Shown here in pieces: positions 10,099 through 21,311 of a DNA stretch of 47,010 nucleotides. The position numbers were made by a program, and so were the translations under genes. The notes under the pieces are model-generated. The model searched no databases. It was not told the origin of the DNA and saw only the letters and a list, made by a program, of their open reading frames with translations. This DNA is from an uncultured Clostridia bacterium. GTDB lineage: Bacteria > Bacillota > Clostridia > TANB77 > CAG-465. Position 1 is the first letter of the stretch. Every line of letters starts with the position of its first letter. The DNA is taken from NCBI GenBank assembly GCA_947584535.1, contig CANPWO010000006.1:1-47010 (forward strand), given 5' to 3'.

Positions 10099-10626
10099 AT
10101 GGCAAAAGATATAGAAATATTCGATAATAGATTAATAATACTATATATATTACAAAATGCCAAAAGACCATTAACATTAAATCAAATTGTTACTTTTTGT
10201 GAAGAATTTGATGATATTACTTATATAGATATTTGTATGTATATAGATAGCCTAAAAAAAAGCAATTATATCTATGAAAAAATAGAAAATGAAAATATAT
10301 TATATGCTCCAACTGAAACTGGACTTAACACTTTAAATGAGTTACTTGAGCTTATACCTGGAGTTGATTTATATAATATAAAAAAACTTGTAAACAAAAA
10401 CTATGTTGAAGTAAATACAGAATATTCGATTAATACAAATATTATTCCAATTAAAGCTGATGAATATAAAGTATCTTGCTTTATTAAAGATGGAAATGAT
10501 GAAATGATAAATATAACAATGTATGCAGGTACAAAAGAACAAGCTAGAAACATCTCTAATAATTGGAGTGAAAATGCTGAAGAAATATATACAAAATTAC
10601 TAGAACTTATGACTAATAATAAATAA
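10099..10626 (+). CDS. DUF4364-family winged-helix protein
   Basis: RLIILYIL..PLT..QI and QARNISNNW..NAEEIY pattern; ATG 10099. Confidence 0.7.
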   Translation: MAKDIEIFDNRLIILYILQNAKRPLTLNQIVTFCEEFDDITYIDICMYIDSLKKSNYIYEKIENENILYAPTETGLNTLNELLELIPGVDLYNIKKLVNKNYVEVNTEYSINTNIIPIKADEYKVSCFIKDGNDEMINITMYAGTKEQARNISNNWSENAEEIYTKLLELMTNNK

Positions 10627-10669
10627 AAAAACACATTAGATTTTTTATTTCTAATGTGCTTTTTCTTAT

Positions 10670-10942
10670 TTAATCTACCCATTTTATTGAGTAAACAATT
10701 AATTCATCATCACTCTTGTTAGATAAAGAATGGGAATTTCCTTTGTAACATGTCCTAACTTTCCGTGTAGCGCTTGGTATAATGTATATCTCATTATCAC
10801 TGTCATGCAAATGAGTAAGTATCTTTGCATGAGGCATTAAAAAAAGCTTTGCAACGGAAAAATCTTTTTTCTTTGAGGTATATAAAACTTTTTGATACAC
10901 CTCTCCTTCTGTATAAGACTTGTCGAGTAATTTTTTATTCAT
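10670..10942 (-). CDS. Small cupin-domain protein
   Basis: HLHDSDNEIY and HSLSN cupin motifs; AGGAGG RBS; TTGACT-17-TAAAAT promoter at about 10992-11020. Confidence 0.65.
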   Translation of the reverse strand: MNKKLLDKSYTEGEVYQKVLYTSKKKDFSVAKLFLMPHAKILTHLHDSDNEIYIIPSATRKVRTCYKGNSHSLSNKSDDELIVYSIKWVD

Positions 10943-11132
10943 TAGTCTTCCCTCCTAATTATATTTAGTTTTTTAATATTATGTAACACATATTTTATCA
11001 CATTATTTTATATAAGTCAAATATTATGTAAATATTTCATTTGTATTTTTAATTAATTTTAATTAATATACTTGAAATTATTAAGTATATATAATATAAT
11101 AATTACATTGAAAACTTGAGGAGGAATTTTTT

Positions 11133-12413
11133 ATGTTAGATATAAAATATATTAGAGAAAATAGTGAACTAATTAAAAAAGCAGCTACTGATAAATTAAT
11201 GGAAGTAGATGTTGATAGATTACTTGATATAGATAAAAATATTAGAGAAATAACTTCTAAACTTGATTTATTAAAAGAGCAAAGAAATAAACTTTCTAAA
11301 CTAATACCTACTCTTTCTCAAGAAGAAAGACAAGATAAAGTAAATGAAGTTAAAAATTTAAAAAACGAAATTTCAACTCTTGAAGAAACTCTTACACCAT
11401 TAAAACTTGAGTATAAAGATTTAATGTATAGAGTTCCTAGTGTTCCACTTGATGAAGTACCAATTGGAAAAACTGATGAAGATAATGTTGAAATAAAAAG
11501 AGTTGGTGAAATTCCAAAATTTGATTTTGAAATAAAAGACCATGTAGATTTAGCTGAAAATTTAGATTTAATTGATATTCCAAGAGGTGTAAAAGTTGCA
11601 GGTTCTCGTTCATATTTTCTTAAAAATGAAGGGGCTTTACTTGAAATGGCTATTTGCAGATATGTAATTGATAAACTGGTAAAAAAAGGATTTACTCCAA
11701 TGGTTGTACCTACTCTTGTAAAAGATACACCAATGTTTGGTACAGGCTATTTCCCTATTGGTAAAGAACAATCCTATGAGATTACAGAAGATAACCTATA
11801 CCTTGTTGGTACATCAGAAGTTTCTCTTGTTTCATATCATAGTGACGAAACTTTTGAAAATACAAATGAACTTCCAAAAATGTATTGTGGTTATTCAAGT
11901 TGTTTTAGAAGAGAAGCTGGAACTTATGGAAAAGATACAAGAGGACTATATAGAGTACATCAATTTACTAAAATTGAACAGGTAATAATATGTGAAGCTG
12001 ATTTTGATAAACAAACTGAACTTCATAATTTCTTGTTAAATAACGCTGAAGAAATTTTGCAAGATTTAAAAATACCATATAGAGTTGTTAAAGTTTGTAC
12101 TGGTGATATGGGAATTGGACAAGTAAGAAAACATGATATTGAAGCTTGGATGCCAAGTCGTGGTAAATATAGCGAAACACATTCTTGTTCTTCATTTAAT
12201 GATTTCCAAGCAAGAAGAAGTAATATTAAATACAAAGATAAAGATGGTAATACAAAGTATTGTTTCACTTTAAATAATACTGCGATTGCCTCTCCAAGAA
12301 TTTTAATACCTTTACTTGAACTTAATCAAAATAAAGATGGTAGTATAAATATACCTGAAGTATTAGTACCTTATATGAATGGTATGACAAAAATTGAAAA
12401 GAAAAATAAATAA
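11133..12413 (+). CDS. serS: Serine--tRNA ligase
   Basis: MLDIKYIR, GTSEV, CFRREAG, GLYRVHQFTKIE, DFQARR, TLNNT. Confidence 0.98.
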   Translation: MLDIKYIRENSELIKKAATDKLMEVDVDRLLDIDKNIREITSKLDLLKEQRNKLSKLIPTLSQEERQDKVNEVKNLKNEISTLEETLTPLKLEYKDLMYRVPSVPLDEVPIGKTDEDNVEIKRVGEIPKFDFEIKDHVDLAENLDLIDIPRGVKVAGSRSYFLKNEGALLEMAICRYVIDKLVKKGFTPMVVPTLVKDTPMFGTGYFPIGKEQSYEITEDNLYLVGTSEVSLVSYHSDETFENTNELPKMYCGYSSCFRREAGTYGKDTRGLYRVHQFTKIEQVIICEADFDKQTELHNFLLNNAEEILQDLKIPYRVVKVCTGDMGIGQVRKHDIEAWMPSRGKYSETHSCSSFNDFQARRSNIKYKDKDGNTKYCFTLNNTAIASPRILIPLLELNQNKDGSINIPEVLVPYMNGMTKIEKKNK

Positions 12414-12455
12414 AATAAAAAACCTAGTAAATTAATACTAGGCTTTTTTGTTTTT

Positions 12456-12842
12456 CTAGTCCAAATCTTCAATAAAATGAACTATCGCACTTATAAAATT
12501 TGAATTAATCATTTTGTTTTTGGAATTTCCAATAATGTAAACGTACTCGCTATCTTCGTCAATATTTTCAATACAAACTTGAACTGCATGGCGAATACAA
12601 CGATCAACTCTAGAATGAGTTGTATTGTATTTTTTTGCAATTTCTGAATAGAGGCCTTTTATAAGATTATGCAAATAACTATGATCGGACAGGCCAAGAA
12701 GTATTGCTTCTTTTAAATAGTCATACCCAGAAACTCCTTGAGGTACTCCAATATACTTTAAAAGCATACCTACTTTCCGAGATAGAGATCCCTCTTTTCT
12801 CATTTTTTCCTCTAATTGTTCTAAAGAGTTTTTTTCTTTCAT
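12456..12842 (-). CDS. Stand-alone Spo0A C-terminal DNA-binding domain protein
   Basis: IGVPQGVSGYDYLKEAI..LYSEIAKKYNTTHSRVDRCIRHAV..NSNFI; no receiver domain; start 12842 after GAGGAGG. Confidence 0.85.
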   Translation of the reverse strand: MKEKNSLEQLEEKMRKEGSLSRKVGMLLKYIGVPQGVSGYDYLKEAILLGLSDHSYLHNLIKGLYSEIAKKYNTTHSRVDRCIRHAVQVCIENIDEDSEYVYIIGNSKNKMINSNFISAIVHFIEDLD

Positions 12843-13013
12843 TTTTTCTCCTCCTCTATTAAGATAACTTATTCCAACATAAACTAACAGTTGGAAATAT
12901 ATAATTTTATGATAATATTTTATCATATTATTTACAAAATGTCAAATTTTATGTAAATCTATATTGATATTATTAATAAAAGTATGATATAATGTAAAAA
13001 AAGGAGAAAAATA

Positions 13014-13598
13014 ATGTTAAAAAATATGAAATTTGAAACTTCTGTTTTTTCTATAAAACAGATTCTTAATACAGATTTAAAACAAATTGTTATGGTTGGT
13101 AAATCAAATGTAGGTAAATCTTCCTTTATAAATACTCTTGCAAATCAGAAAGGTCTTGCTAAAGTTGGACAAAAACCTGGAAAAACTAAAAGTATTAACT
13201 ACTATAATGTAAACAATGAGTTTTATATCGTTGATTTACCCGGATATGGTTACTCTACTATGACAAAGCAAGAAAAGGAAAATACTAGTAAACTTGTTAA
13301 TATATATATAAATAATAATAAAAATATATCACATATATTCTTTCTTATAGATATTCGCCATAAAGTAACAGAAAATGATAGAATAATGTATGAATGGTTA
13401 CTTGAACAAAATATTCCTTTTACTATACTTGCTACTAAAGCTGATAAAGTTGCAAAAACTAAAATACCGTCTTATCTTGACGTTATTACTAAATCATTGT
13501 TTGCAAAAGAAAAAATTATTGCTATTTCAAGTGAGAAAAAACTTAATATGGATATAGTAGAAAATATTATAACAAATAATGTATATGAAAATAACTAG
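13014..13598 (+). CDS. engB: Ribosome biogenesis GTPase EngB/YihA
   Basis: GKSNVGKSS, PGKT, DLPGYGY, TKADK. Confidence 0.95.
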   Translation: MLKNMKFETSVFSIKQILNTDLKQIVMVGKSNVGKSSFINTLANQKGLAKVGQKPGKTKSINYYNVNNEFYIVDLPGYGYSTMTKQEKENTSKLVNIYINNNKNISHIFFLIDIRHKVTENDRIMYEWLLEQNIPFTILATKADKVAKTKIPSYLDVITKSLFAKEKIIAISSEKKLNMDIVENIITNNVYENN

Positions 13599-13611
13599 CT
13601 TGTAAATTAAG

Positions 13612-14355
13612 CTAGTTATTTTCTGTTTTTTCTTCTTGTTCCTCTTCTTCTTTTTCCATTTTATCTTTTTGGAAATTACCCCATCTATATCCAACTAATC
13701 CAATTACTAAAAATATTCCTACAAGTACAGCTGTTATTATAAAACTACCTTCGGATAGTTTATTACCTGCATATACTGTTAAAATGAGTCCAGGAATTCT
13801 TGCAAGAGTTGCTATTGCTAAAAATCTCTTTGGTCTTACAGGACTAATACCACCTAAGTATATAAATATATCTTTTGGAAGTAGTGGTATTACAAACATA
13901 ATAAACATTAACAATTCAAACTTAGCTGGATTTTTAAATAGCCTCATATTTTTTATTTCATCTATCTTCTTATTTGAAAAGAATAATAACATCATATCTG
14001 TTCCTATTCTTCTAACTAGAAAAAATACAAGTGCTGTTCCAATAAATATTCCAACTAAGCATAATGCCATTCCACCCCATGTACCATATAACATTCCTGA
14101 CACAATTTCCATAGGTTGACCTGGAATAACTGCTACTACTATTTGTAATATTTGAAGTCCAAGTACAATTAATACTCCTTTAAATCCCATTCTTGATATT
14201 TCATTTTTAAATTCTACACGTGTATCTTCATTTGCAAGTTTAGACATTAAAGGAATGCATTTTATAGTTAAATATGCCATTAACAATACTACAAATAATA
14301 TAATTATAGTTCTAATTATCATTAATTTTTTGTCCTTAGCGCTTAATTTATTCAT
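13612..14355 (-). CDS. TVP38/TMEM64 (DedA/VTT) membrane protein
   Basis: QIVVAVIPG..E..SGMLYG, IPLLPKD, ARIPG; multiple TM segments. Confidence 0.85.
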   Translation of the reverse strand: MNKLSAKDKKLMIIRTIIILFVVLLMAYLTIKCIPLMSKLANEDTRVEFKNEISRMGFKGVLIVLGLQILQIVVAVIPGQPMEIVSGMLYGTWGGMALCLVGIFIGTALVFFLVRRIGTDMMLLFFSNKKIDEIKNMRLFKNPAKFELLMFIMFVIPLLPKDIFIYLGGISPVRPKRFLAIATLARIPGLILTVYAGNKLSEGSFIITAVLVGIFLVIGLVGYRWGNFQKDKMEKEEEEQEEKTENN

Positions 14356-14484
14356 ATATTTCCCTCTTTACCAAAATTATACCATATAACAAAAAAATAG
14401 ACAATATTTTAAAAAAATATATTTAAAATGACACATTATTATGTATTTAAAAATATAATTTAATATAAAGGTTGGTGAATATAT

Positions 14485-15363
14485 ATGTTTAAAGGTTCAG
14501 GTGTTGCAATAGTAACGCCATTTGATGAAAATAATAAAATAAATTACATAATGCTTGCAAAATTAATAGAATATCAAATTAAGAATAATACTGATGCTAT
14601 TATAATATGCGGTACAACAGGAGAAAGTTCTACTCTTTCTCTTGATGAGAAAAAGAAAGTTATAAATTTTACTGTTGAGCAAACTAAGAAAAGAATTCCA
14701 GTTATCGCTGGTACAGGCTCAAATTCTACAAGTGATGCTATTTATCTTTCAAAATATGTACAAGATATTGGTGTAGACGGTCTACTTTTAGTTACTCCAT
14801 ATTATAACAAATGTACACAAAATGGATTATATTTACATTATGAAAATATTGCAAAAAGTGTTAATATACCAATTATATTATATAATGTACCAAGTAGAAC
14901 AGGTGTTAATATAGAAGTAGATACACTTGTTAAACTTTCTAAAATTGATAATATAGTTGGTATTAAAGAGGCAAGTTCAAATATTTCACAAATTGCAAAT
15001 ATGATTTCTAAAACTAGTAAAGATTTTCTAGTTTATTCTGGAAATGATGATCAAATACTACCTATTCTTTCACTTGGTGGTGTTGGTGTTATCTCTGTAC
15101 TTGCTAATATATTTCCAAGTGATACACACAATATTTGTGAAGAATTTTTTAAAGGAAATATAGATAAATCAAGAGAGCTTCAACTTAAATACTTAAATGT
15201 TATACAAGCTCTATTTAGCGAGGTAAATCCTATACCAGTTAAAGAGGCTTTAAATTATATAGGGTTTGATGTTGGAAAATGTAGACTTCCTCTTTGTGAT
15301 ATGAAAAAAGAAAATAAAAAGCATCTTATAAAAAGCATTGATGACATTAAAAACATACTATGA
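14485..15363 (+). CDS. dapA: 4-hydroxy-tetrahydrodipicolinate synthase
   Basis: GTTGES, VTPYYNK, YNVPSRTG, GIKEAS. Confidence 0.97.
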   Translation: MFKGSGVAIVTPFDENNKINYIMLAKLIEYQIKNNTDAIIICGTTGESSTLSLDEKKKVINFTVEQTKKRIPVIAGTGSNSTSDAIYLSKYVQDIGVDGLLLVTPYYNKCTQNGLYLHYENIAKSVNIPIILYNVPSRTGVNIEVDTLVKLSKIDNIVGIKEASSNISQIANMISKTSKDFLVYSGNDDQILPILSLGGVGVISVLANIFPSDTHNICEEFFKGNIDKSRELQLKYLNVIQALFSEVNPIPVKEALNYIGFDVGKCRLPLCDMKKENKKHLIKSIDDIKNIL

Positions 15364-15386
15364 AAATTAATTCATAGTATGTTTTT
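15350..15386. terminator. Bidirectional terminator
   Basis: AAAACATACTATGAA-AATTAA-TTCATAGTATGTTTT between convergent genes. Confidence 0.75.
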
Positions 15387-15408
15387 ATATATATGTTATA
15401 CATTATAT

Positions 15409-16470
15409 TTATATATTATATAACTCAAGAAAATTTCTTTCTTTTTTATCAGTTGTACTACTTAATAAATAATGATATGTATTATCTATAAATTTGCAAT
15501 ACTCACCTGATATTGGATCAACATAATGTATATAGTCCTTAAACATCTGTATTAATTTAAATGAGTCTATATCTGTATTTTTAACTAAAAATACAAATAA
15601 TTTATCTGCAAACATAGCTTTATCTATGCATACATTTTCAAGCAATGATGAAAAATACTCTATAGCTCTATCATCATCATTTTTAAAATGCTCATTAATT
15701 AAATCATAATAATCAAAGTCAAACAAACCATATAAAAGATCTAAAATATCATTAGCATTAGATAAAGTTTTAATATAATAAAATAAAAAATCATTTGTAG
15801 ATGGTATATAATAATGTGATTTTTGACGTGATTCTATTATAGCATTAACTGTATATTTTGAATTAATATATTTTGCAAAAATCTCATAATACTCATCACC
15901 AAACTTAGGTATAATAACTTCAAGAAGCAAATTTACATTTTCTTTTACATTAAAATCGCATTTTTGAAGTACTGATTCAAAAGCAAGTATTTTTTCAATT
16001 ACTTTAGATTTATTTTCTTTTGACTTTTCCATATATTTTTCTGATGAGTAATATGTAAAAAGCTCACTTTCATTTATACGATTTCTGTATTCTATTATAT
16101 ACTTAATCGGTAACATATCAAATACTTCATACAATTTATCTTGTATTTTAGTATCAGTTTTTAAATTTTTAATATAAGCTATATTTCTTATAATAAGCTC
16201 AAATAACCTTTCACTAATGTGTGGATTTAACTTTATAAATGCTCCTATATTTTTTATAAAAATTCCTGACAAAAAAGTATCCGTTACATAGTCTTTATCA
16301 ATGTATTTTATTGCTCGTTGATATTTCTGTACCGATGCAAGTATTACTTCAGGGTTTAACCGAAGTGGATACGGTAAGTCCTCAATAAGTTTGCCATTAG
16401 ACTTAAGCTTTTCTAACAGGTCTTTTAAATTTTCATATCCTGCTAATTTTAGTTCTCTTTCTACATTCAT
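15409..16470 (-). CDS. Hypothetical protein with N-terminal DUF4116-like repeat
   Basis: LPYPLRLNPEVILASVQKYQRAIKYI; GAGGAGG RBS; TTGACA-17-TAAAAT promoter at about 16533-16561. Confidence 0.6.
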   Translation of the reverse strand: MNVERELKLAGYENLKDLLEKLKSNGKLIEDLPYPLRLNPEVILASVQKYQRAIKYIDKDYVTDTFLSGIFIKNIGAFIKLNPHISERLFELIIRNIAYIKNLKTDTKIQDKLYEVFDMLPIKYIIEYRNRINESELFTYYSSEKYMEKSKENKSKVIEKILAFESVLQKCDFNVKENVNLLLEVIIPKFGDEYYEIFAKYINSKYTVNAIIESRQKSHYYIPSTNDFLFYYIKTLSNANDILDLLYGLFDFDYYDLINEHFKNDDDRAIEYFSSLLENVCIDKAMFADKLFVFLVKNTDIDSFKLIQMFKDYIHYVDPISGEYCKFIDNTYHYLLSSTTDKKERNFLELYNI

Positions 16471-16563
16471 TTTAAATTCCTCCTCTTAATCTCTGTGATT
16501 ACACATTAAATTTATAATTTTTTTGTAAGCATATTTTACCACAGTAAACTATTTATGTCAATA

Positions 16564-16947
16564 TTAAAAGATATTTTCACAAAGTATTTTTTGCCTATCT
16601 ACTATCGTAATTAAATTTTCTCTTAACTTTTGTATATATACTAAACTTTCTTCATAATTCTCTAAATTTATATATGCTTTTAGTTCTACTAAGCTATCAT
16701 CTATTTGGTCTATTAAATCATTCTGAACAAATATATTCCACGCGTCCTTTACATTTTTCCACGAATTTTCAAGTTCTTTTATACTTTCCTTTGCTTTTTC
16801 AATATTTTTGTTATTTAGCATATTTTCAGTATAATTTATATCTGCAAGTACAAAATTTGAGCTATTATTTAAATAATTTGTTTCCCCTATTCCACCAAGT
16901 ACTACTAATCCTATAGCAACAATTAAAATAAAAATTTGTCTTGTCAT
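16564..16947 (-). CDS. DUF4363-family protein
   Basis: N-terminal TM, W..VKDAW..FV...IDQID, terminal ENIF; coupled to DUF421 gene. Confidence 0.75.
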   Translation of the reverse strand: MTRQIFILIVAIGLVVLGGIGETNYLNNSSNFVLADINYTENMLNNKNIEKAKESIKELENSWKNVKDAWNIFVQNDLIDQIDDSLVELKAYINLENYEESLVYIQKLRENLITIVDRQKILCENIF

Positions 16948-17597
16948 TTACCACTCACCTCTTGTTTTAACTGATATACAAATTTAGATTTATCATCTAT
17001 TGTACCAACTAATATATCTTCTATTTTTACTTTTTCTTTTTTTACAATTTTATTTACTTCGTCTTCTGTTATATTAAGTATCTTAGTATTAATTTCAGAT
17101 ATTTTACCATCTTCAATAATATTAAGTGGCAAATTATTTATATTATCGCTATATTTTATAACACTTAGATTACCATTAGTTTCAACAATAGCAAATTTTA
17201 CATCTTGTATCTTAAATACGTTACATTCTCTAAGTTGAGACATTAAATCAGGAATTGTATATTGAAGTCTTTTAAATTCGTCCTCTAGTATCTTCCCATC
17301 TTTTATAATAGGAGATATAGTTCCACATACTACATCTTGTGCTTTATTACTAGACTGTATTATTAAAGTAAATATTATATATGCAATAAGTAAAGTAACA
17401 ATTGGTATAATTCCATCAAATATAGATATACCTCTTGATGACATTGGTGCTGATGCTAGATCTGCTATTAAAATTATTATAGCAAGTTCAAATGGTTGCA
17501 CTTTTGATAGTTCCCTTTTTCCCATAAGTCTAATTACTAAAAACACTATTGCATAAAGTATTAATGCTCTAAAAAAAACAATTAACATTTTTATCAC
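16944..17597 (-). CDS. DUF421/YetF membrane protein
   Basis: RLMGKRELSKVQPFEL, DVKFAIVETNGNLSV; start may be ATG 17588. Confidence 0.85.
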   Translation of the reverse strand: MIKMLIVFFRALILYAIVFLVIRLMGKRELSKVQPFELAIIILIADLASAPMSSRGISIFDGIIPIVTLLIAYIIFTLIIQSSNKAQDVVCGTISPIIKDGKILEDEFKRLQYTIPDLMSQLRECNVFKIQDVKFAIVETNGNLSVIKYSDNINNLPLNIIEDGKISEINTKILNITEDEVNKIVKKEKVKIEDILVGTIDDKSKFVYQLKQEVSGK

Positions 17598-17667
17598 CTA
17601 AAAAATATTTTTTGCATAAATTAGTTAATTATACAAATAATACTACTAAACGATAATTAATTATTTT

Positions 17668-18048
17668 ATGGAGGAAATTATGGATGAAATTCAAACATTA
17701 AAAAATAATACAGATAGCTTAAGACTCTCACAAATGTTTTTAAGATTTGTGACTTCACTTTCTATATTTGCAGTAACAGTTTTTTTTACACCAAATTTTA
17801 ATATATCATCTTTTCCAATATTAATACTTAGTGCAATTATAATAATACTATTTGATTACCTTGTTTCAATAGTTACAGGAATCCACGATATTCCTCTTGG
17901 ACGTGGTTTTGTTGGATTTACATGCGCTGCACTTATTATATATGTTACTCAATTTTTCGTTGATGGATATTATATATCAATTATAAGTAGTTTAATAGCA
18001 GCGGCTATCTATGGGATTATAGATAGTATGCTACCAAATAGAAGCTAA
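17668..18048 (+). CDS. 4-TM membrane protein (YvlD/phage holin superfamily IV-like)
   Basis: Four hydrophobic helices, GRGFVGF..AALIIY motif. Confidence 0.7.
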   Translation: MEEIMDEIQTLKNNTDSLRLSQMFLRFVTSLSIFAVTVFFTPNFNISSFPILILSAIIIILFDYLVSIVTGIHDIPLGRGFVGFTCAALIIYVTQFFVDGYYISIISSLIAAAIYGIIDSMLPNRS

Positions 18049-18095
18049 AAAAAGAAACCGAAGTATTATTTTTTACTTCGATTTTTTTTAATTAG

Positions 18096-20409
18096 TTAAA
18101 TACTTAACATACAATGTCTAATATTTTCTTTAATACATATATTTCTTTTCCTATACTTAACTATTCTCATTATACAATCAATATTATCACATACAATATA
18201 ATATTTTGCACCGATGTGTATCTTTTAAATAATATGTACTTTTGCAAGGTTTAGAACATATTTTGCTTTTATCATTTCTTCCTATAAAACTTCCAAGTAT
18301 ACAATACCTTGAAGTCATAACAGTTATAATATCATTTACATATTCTGTATTAAAATGTGAACTTAATTTAATATACTCATCTTCATTTAATTCAACTGAA
18401 GGAGTTATTTTATCAAAACCTAGCTTAGTTAAAAAATATGCACTATATATATTAGTTATATTAAATGAATAATCTGCATAAAGCATGAAATTATATTTAT
18501 CTTTTAATTTAACTAGTAAATCTAAATAAGCAAAACTACCAAGTAATACTCCATTTATTCCCTCTTTTATATAATTTTCAATATTTGTTCTAATGATTTT
18601 ATCTAGATTTTTTCCAATAAAATTTTGTATATACAAGAATATTTTTACTTTACCTTTGTATTTGTTATCAATTTCTTCTTTATATATATAATAATCTGAT
18701 ATATTAATATACAATATATCTAGATTTTTATTATAGTTGCTTTTATACTCACTAATATAATTAATTTCATTTGAATATCTATATATAAAAAAGGTATTTT
18801 CATTTTTAGGAATTAATTTTAATGCTTGTATTTCATTTTTTATATCATTCGTTACAAGTTGCATCTTATCTTTTATATTCTTTTCATCTAAGTTTATTTT
18901 TTCAGTATCTTTTATTCTTTTTACTGTTTCCCTTCTAATTTCATTTAAAATAGAAGTTGGTACAAACAGATTATCATCAAGTATAATATCAATATTATTA
19001 AAAGAATAAGGTTCATTATTTGTTTTTGAAAAAGAATTTATTATATCTGATTTAAGTGTTACTTTAGTTTTAGAAATTTCTGGAATATAATCATATATAA
19101 AATTAATATCTTTTTCTTTTATACATATCTTTATTTTTTTATTATTTTTTATTTCTATAAGTAAACTATAATTTTTTTGTCTATTAGTATTTATATATTC
19201 ACTTTTAAGCTTAGCATTTAAAGTACTTGATGAAGTTCTATATACTTTACTATTTATAGCTACTTTATTACTAAAGTCACCAACATATACATAATTTCCT
19301 TTTTTAACATCACAGTTTAAAATATTACCATTTTCATCTTTTATACAAGTTATAATATTTGATATAACATTTCCGTTTGAGTATATTTCTATACCATCAT
19401 GCATTGAAATATCTTGCTCTAATTTTATTTTTATATATTTTTTATATGTTGATACTACCTCTCCAATATATATCCCTTTATTTTTAGGTGACGATAGTGA
19501 TATTGAATTATTATATTTTACTCCATTTAAATAACCTTCTGATAGACCATCTCTATTAAATAACTGTTTTAAAATATACTTATCATTTGGCTCTATTTCT
19601 TTGTTACTGTCTATATATTTTCTATATGTTTTTGTTACCCCTAAAACATATTCAGGTGATTTATTTCTTCCTTCTATTTTTAATGATGTTACACCTATCT
19701 CTTTTAGTTTGTTTATATATTCAAGTCCATATATATCTTTTTTACTTAACAGATATTTTTCTTTTATAATTTCTTTATTTTTAGAGTCATAAAGGCTATA
19801 TTTCATTCTACAAGGTTGTGCACATGCACCTTTATTTGCACTCCTATTTCCTATAACGCTACTAAGTAAACATTGCCCTGACATAGATACGCATAAAGCG
19901 CCATGAATAAATACTTCAATTTCAATATTTGTATTATTACAAATATCTTTTATATCCTCAATACTTAGCTCGCGTGCAAGTACAACTCTACTAAATCCGA
20001 TACTTTCAAGAAAATCTACTTGTGACTTTGAATAAACACTCATCTGAGTACTTGCATGAATATGCAACTTTGGCATAATTTTATGTAGTAGACTGGCAAA
20101 TCCTATATCTTGAACAATTACTGCGTCAAGTCCATTTGCGTATAATTTAATAACTAAATTAATTGCTTCATCTATTTCCTCAGTGTTAAGTAATGTATTT
20201 AAGGTTAGATATATTTTTATTCCTCTAAAATGTGCATATTCAATACATTCAATATATTTATCAATATCAAAATTTTCTGCCATCTCTCTTGCATTAAATT
20301 TTGTAAGTCCCATATATATTGCATCAGCTCCACCAATACAGGCAGATTTAAAAGACTGAAAACTACCTGCAGGAGCTAAAAGTTCAATATTGCTATTTCT
20401 TTTAACCAT
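18096..20409 (-). CDS. U32 family peptidase/RNA hydroxylase (RlhA-like); full length needs +1 shift at CGG 18211-18213
   Basis: ELLAPAGS, HASTQM, HGALCVSMSGQC, CAQPCR, LKIEGR. Skipping the C gives KDTH-GAKYYIVCDNIDCIMRI...SI*, stopping at 18096 next to the terminator. Confidence 0.85.
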
Positions 20410-20412
20410 TTT

Positions 20413-21142
20413 CTACCTCATATTTTTCTGTCTTATTATTTCATATATACATATTGCTGTACTTACAGAAGCATTAAGTGAATTTATATTACCAGTCATT
20501 GGAATATTAACCATAAAGTCACAATTTTCTTTAACTAGCCTTGAAATTCCACTTCCTTCATTTCCGACAACTATTCCTATTGCACCGTCAAATTTCGTAT
20601 CATATATTTTAGTTGAGCCTTCCATGTCAAGCCCATATATCCATAAGCCATATTCTTTTAGCTTCTTTATTGTTTCAGTTATATTAGTTACTCTTGCAAC
20701 TTTCATATATGAACACGCACCGTGCAGATGTTTTTTCAACAATATCAGTTACTTGTGTTGCATTTCTTTTTTGTATTATGATACCATGTACTCCAAGACA
20801 TTCAGCAGTACGAATAATTGCACCTAAATTATGTGGATCTTCTACTTTATCAAGTATTACAACAAAAGGTGACTCATTCATGCTTTTTGCATAGTCAATT
20901 ATATCTTCTACTTCACTATACTTAAAATCAGTTACACTTGCAACTATTCCTTGTGAGTTTCTTCCATCAATCATCTTGTCAAGTTTGCTTTTCTCACTTT
21001 CTACAACAACAATCTTTTTTTGTTTAGCTAACTTAATAATTTCATTTAATTCTTTATTTACTTTTTGAATATATATCTTATTAATTGTTTTATTTGAATT
21101 TATTGCTTCAAGTACTGGATTTTTACCATAAATTATTCCCAT
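20413..21142 (-). CDS. rlmB: 23S rRNA (Gm2251) methyltransferase; +1 shift at CGG 20720-20722
   Basis: IYGKNPVLEA, DPHNLGAIIRTA, VEKTSA-(C)-GACSY, VVGNEGSG, IPM.G.INSLNAS. Confidence 0.92.
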
Positions 21143-21311
21143 ATTTTTTTCCTTTCAAAAAATATCATAAAATTTATCATTTTTTCTTTACATTTATCAT
21201 ATAATATGATATAATTATTTTACTTTATTTTTATAAATTATGTAGATTAAAATCTATATAAACTAATTGGTTGCTAAAATTAGCATAAAATTTTACAAAG
21301 GAGGAGATAAA

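Noticed and set aside
13239-13245. Other CGG trinucleotides in core genes (e.g. engB CCC GGA, many AAC GGN)
   Set aside because: Out of frame with ORFs intact; not recoding sites
17668-18048. Prophage suggested by holin-like gene
   Set aside because: No other phage genes; this family is common in clostridial chromosomes
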